Below the pieces are notes generated by a model. That model did no database searches and had not been told where the DNA came from. It worked only from the letters and a program-made list of their open reading frames with translations. DNA of 57,326 nt from Minisyncoccota bacterium (lineage in GTDB: Bacteria > Patescibacteriota > Minisyncoccia > Phycocordibacterales > UBA9973), in NCBI GenBank assembly GCA_031972685.1, contig DALYEI010000002.1, forward strand, positions 1-57,326, in the 5' to 3' direction. Made by a program: the position numbers and the translations under genes. Positions 57,091 through 57,326 of this stretch are shown here, piece by piece. Every line of letters begins with the position of its first letter. Position 1 is the stretch's first letter.

Positions 57091-57115
57091 GGCGAGTTGC
57101 GTCATCAATGTAGGT

Positions 57116-57326
57116 ATGAAGATAGAAAACCCAAATATAGAGCAAGGTGTAGCGAAAGTGGTAGTCGAGCCAAAGAAGATCAAATACTGCCTATACGCAA
57201 GAAAATCGACAGAATCTGAGGAACGGCAAGTGCTTTCCATAGATAGCCAAATCAGCGAGATGCTCCAACTGGCGGATCGTGAGGGGCTTGAAGTGGTCAC
57301 CATGAAGCGTGAGAGCCATAGTGCAA
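57116..57326 (+). CDS. serine recombinase, N-terminal catalytic domain, 3' end cut by the window
   Basis: My own translation from the ATG at 57116 gives MKIENPNIEQGVAKVVVEPKKIKYCLYARKSTESEERQVLSIDSQISEMLQLADREGLEVVTMKRESHSA. The YARKST...SIDSQ motif is the resolvase/invertase catalytic signature. It is missing from the ORF track because no stop codon is reached. Confidence 0.8.
   Translation, partial: MKIENPNIEQGVAKVVVEPKKIKYCLYARKSTESEERQVLSIDSQISEMLQLADREGLEVVTMKRESHSA

Larger units (their letters stand above)
43503..57326. mobile_element. putative integrated element / genomic island, right end beyond the window
   Basis: Content switches from housekeeping to accessory genes (methyltransferases, phage-like HTH, helicase-nuclease, serine recombinase). 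Sampled lines look GC-richer and use more G/C-ending codons. The left boundary is not resolved (43,503-44,410). Confidence 0.5.

Noticed and set aside
1-57326. CRISPR arrays, rRNA genes, tRNA genes, and IS elements with terminal inverted repeats
   Set aside because: I saw no regularly spaced direct repeats, no rRNA-like conserved blocks, no cloverleaf candidates in the intergenic regions, and no transposase ORFs. This was a visual inspection only, so small or degenerate elements could have been missed.

Overview
This 57.3 kb window has two parts. Bases 1 to about 43,500 are an AT-rich, tightly packed housekeeping backbone, mostly on the + strand. It carries a type IV pilus module (pilB, pilC, three pseudopilins and a 591-aa pilin-like protein), tpiA-pgk, recJ, rnhA and a ComEC split in two by an opposite-strand superoxide dismutase gene. 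It also carries glyA, a dinJ/yafQ toxin-antitoxin pair with a frameshifted toxin, tmk, dut, four aminoacyl-tRNA synthetases (argS, ileS, glyQS, metG), recO, an ECF-type sigma factor, tatD, and a minus-strand operon of histidine kinase, two receiver-only regulators and recG. The gene content, tiny intergenic gaps and lack of biosynthetic genes suggest a reduced-genome Patescibacteria/CPR-like bacterium; this is inference only. Standard genetic code fits. I saw no rRNA, tRNA or CRISPR array. From about 43.5 kb to the window end lies an accessory segment that looks GC-richer by eye. It contains a lipoprotein, unknown genes, a ParB-like/DNA-methyltransferase fusion followed by a second methyltransferase, and a phage-like HTH protein. 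A minus-strand cluster there encodes a 1633-aa DUF4011-type SF1 helicase with a C-terminal Vsr/DUF559-like nuclease, a DUF2779 protein (Cas4-like nuclease plus DEDD-like exonuclease) and a bPH_2 membrane protein behind a roughly 200-nt highly structured leader. A serine recombinase gene is cut by the window end and is absent from the ORF track. My best candidate for an undescribed system is that helicase-nuclease / DUF2779 / structured-RNA / bPH cluster. Other notable points are a histidine-phosphatase domain inserted in-frame into IleRS, in-frame palindromic GC-rich inserts in argS and ileS, a 24-mer shared between the glyA coding sequence and the ileS T-box leader, a 34-bp duplication of the recO 5' end flanking an inserted gene, and a recurrent TGnTAnAAT-N6/7-ATG pattern suggesting leaderless mRNAs. 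All protein calls rest on motifs I recognised in the supplied translations. No database search was run.
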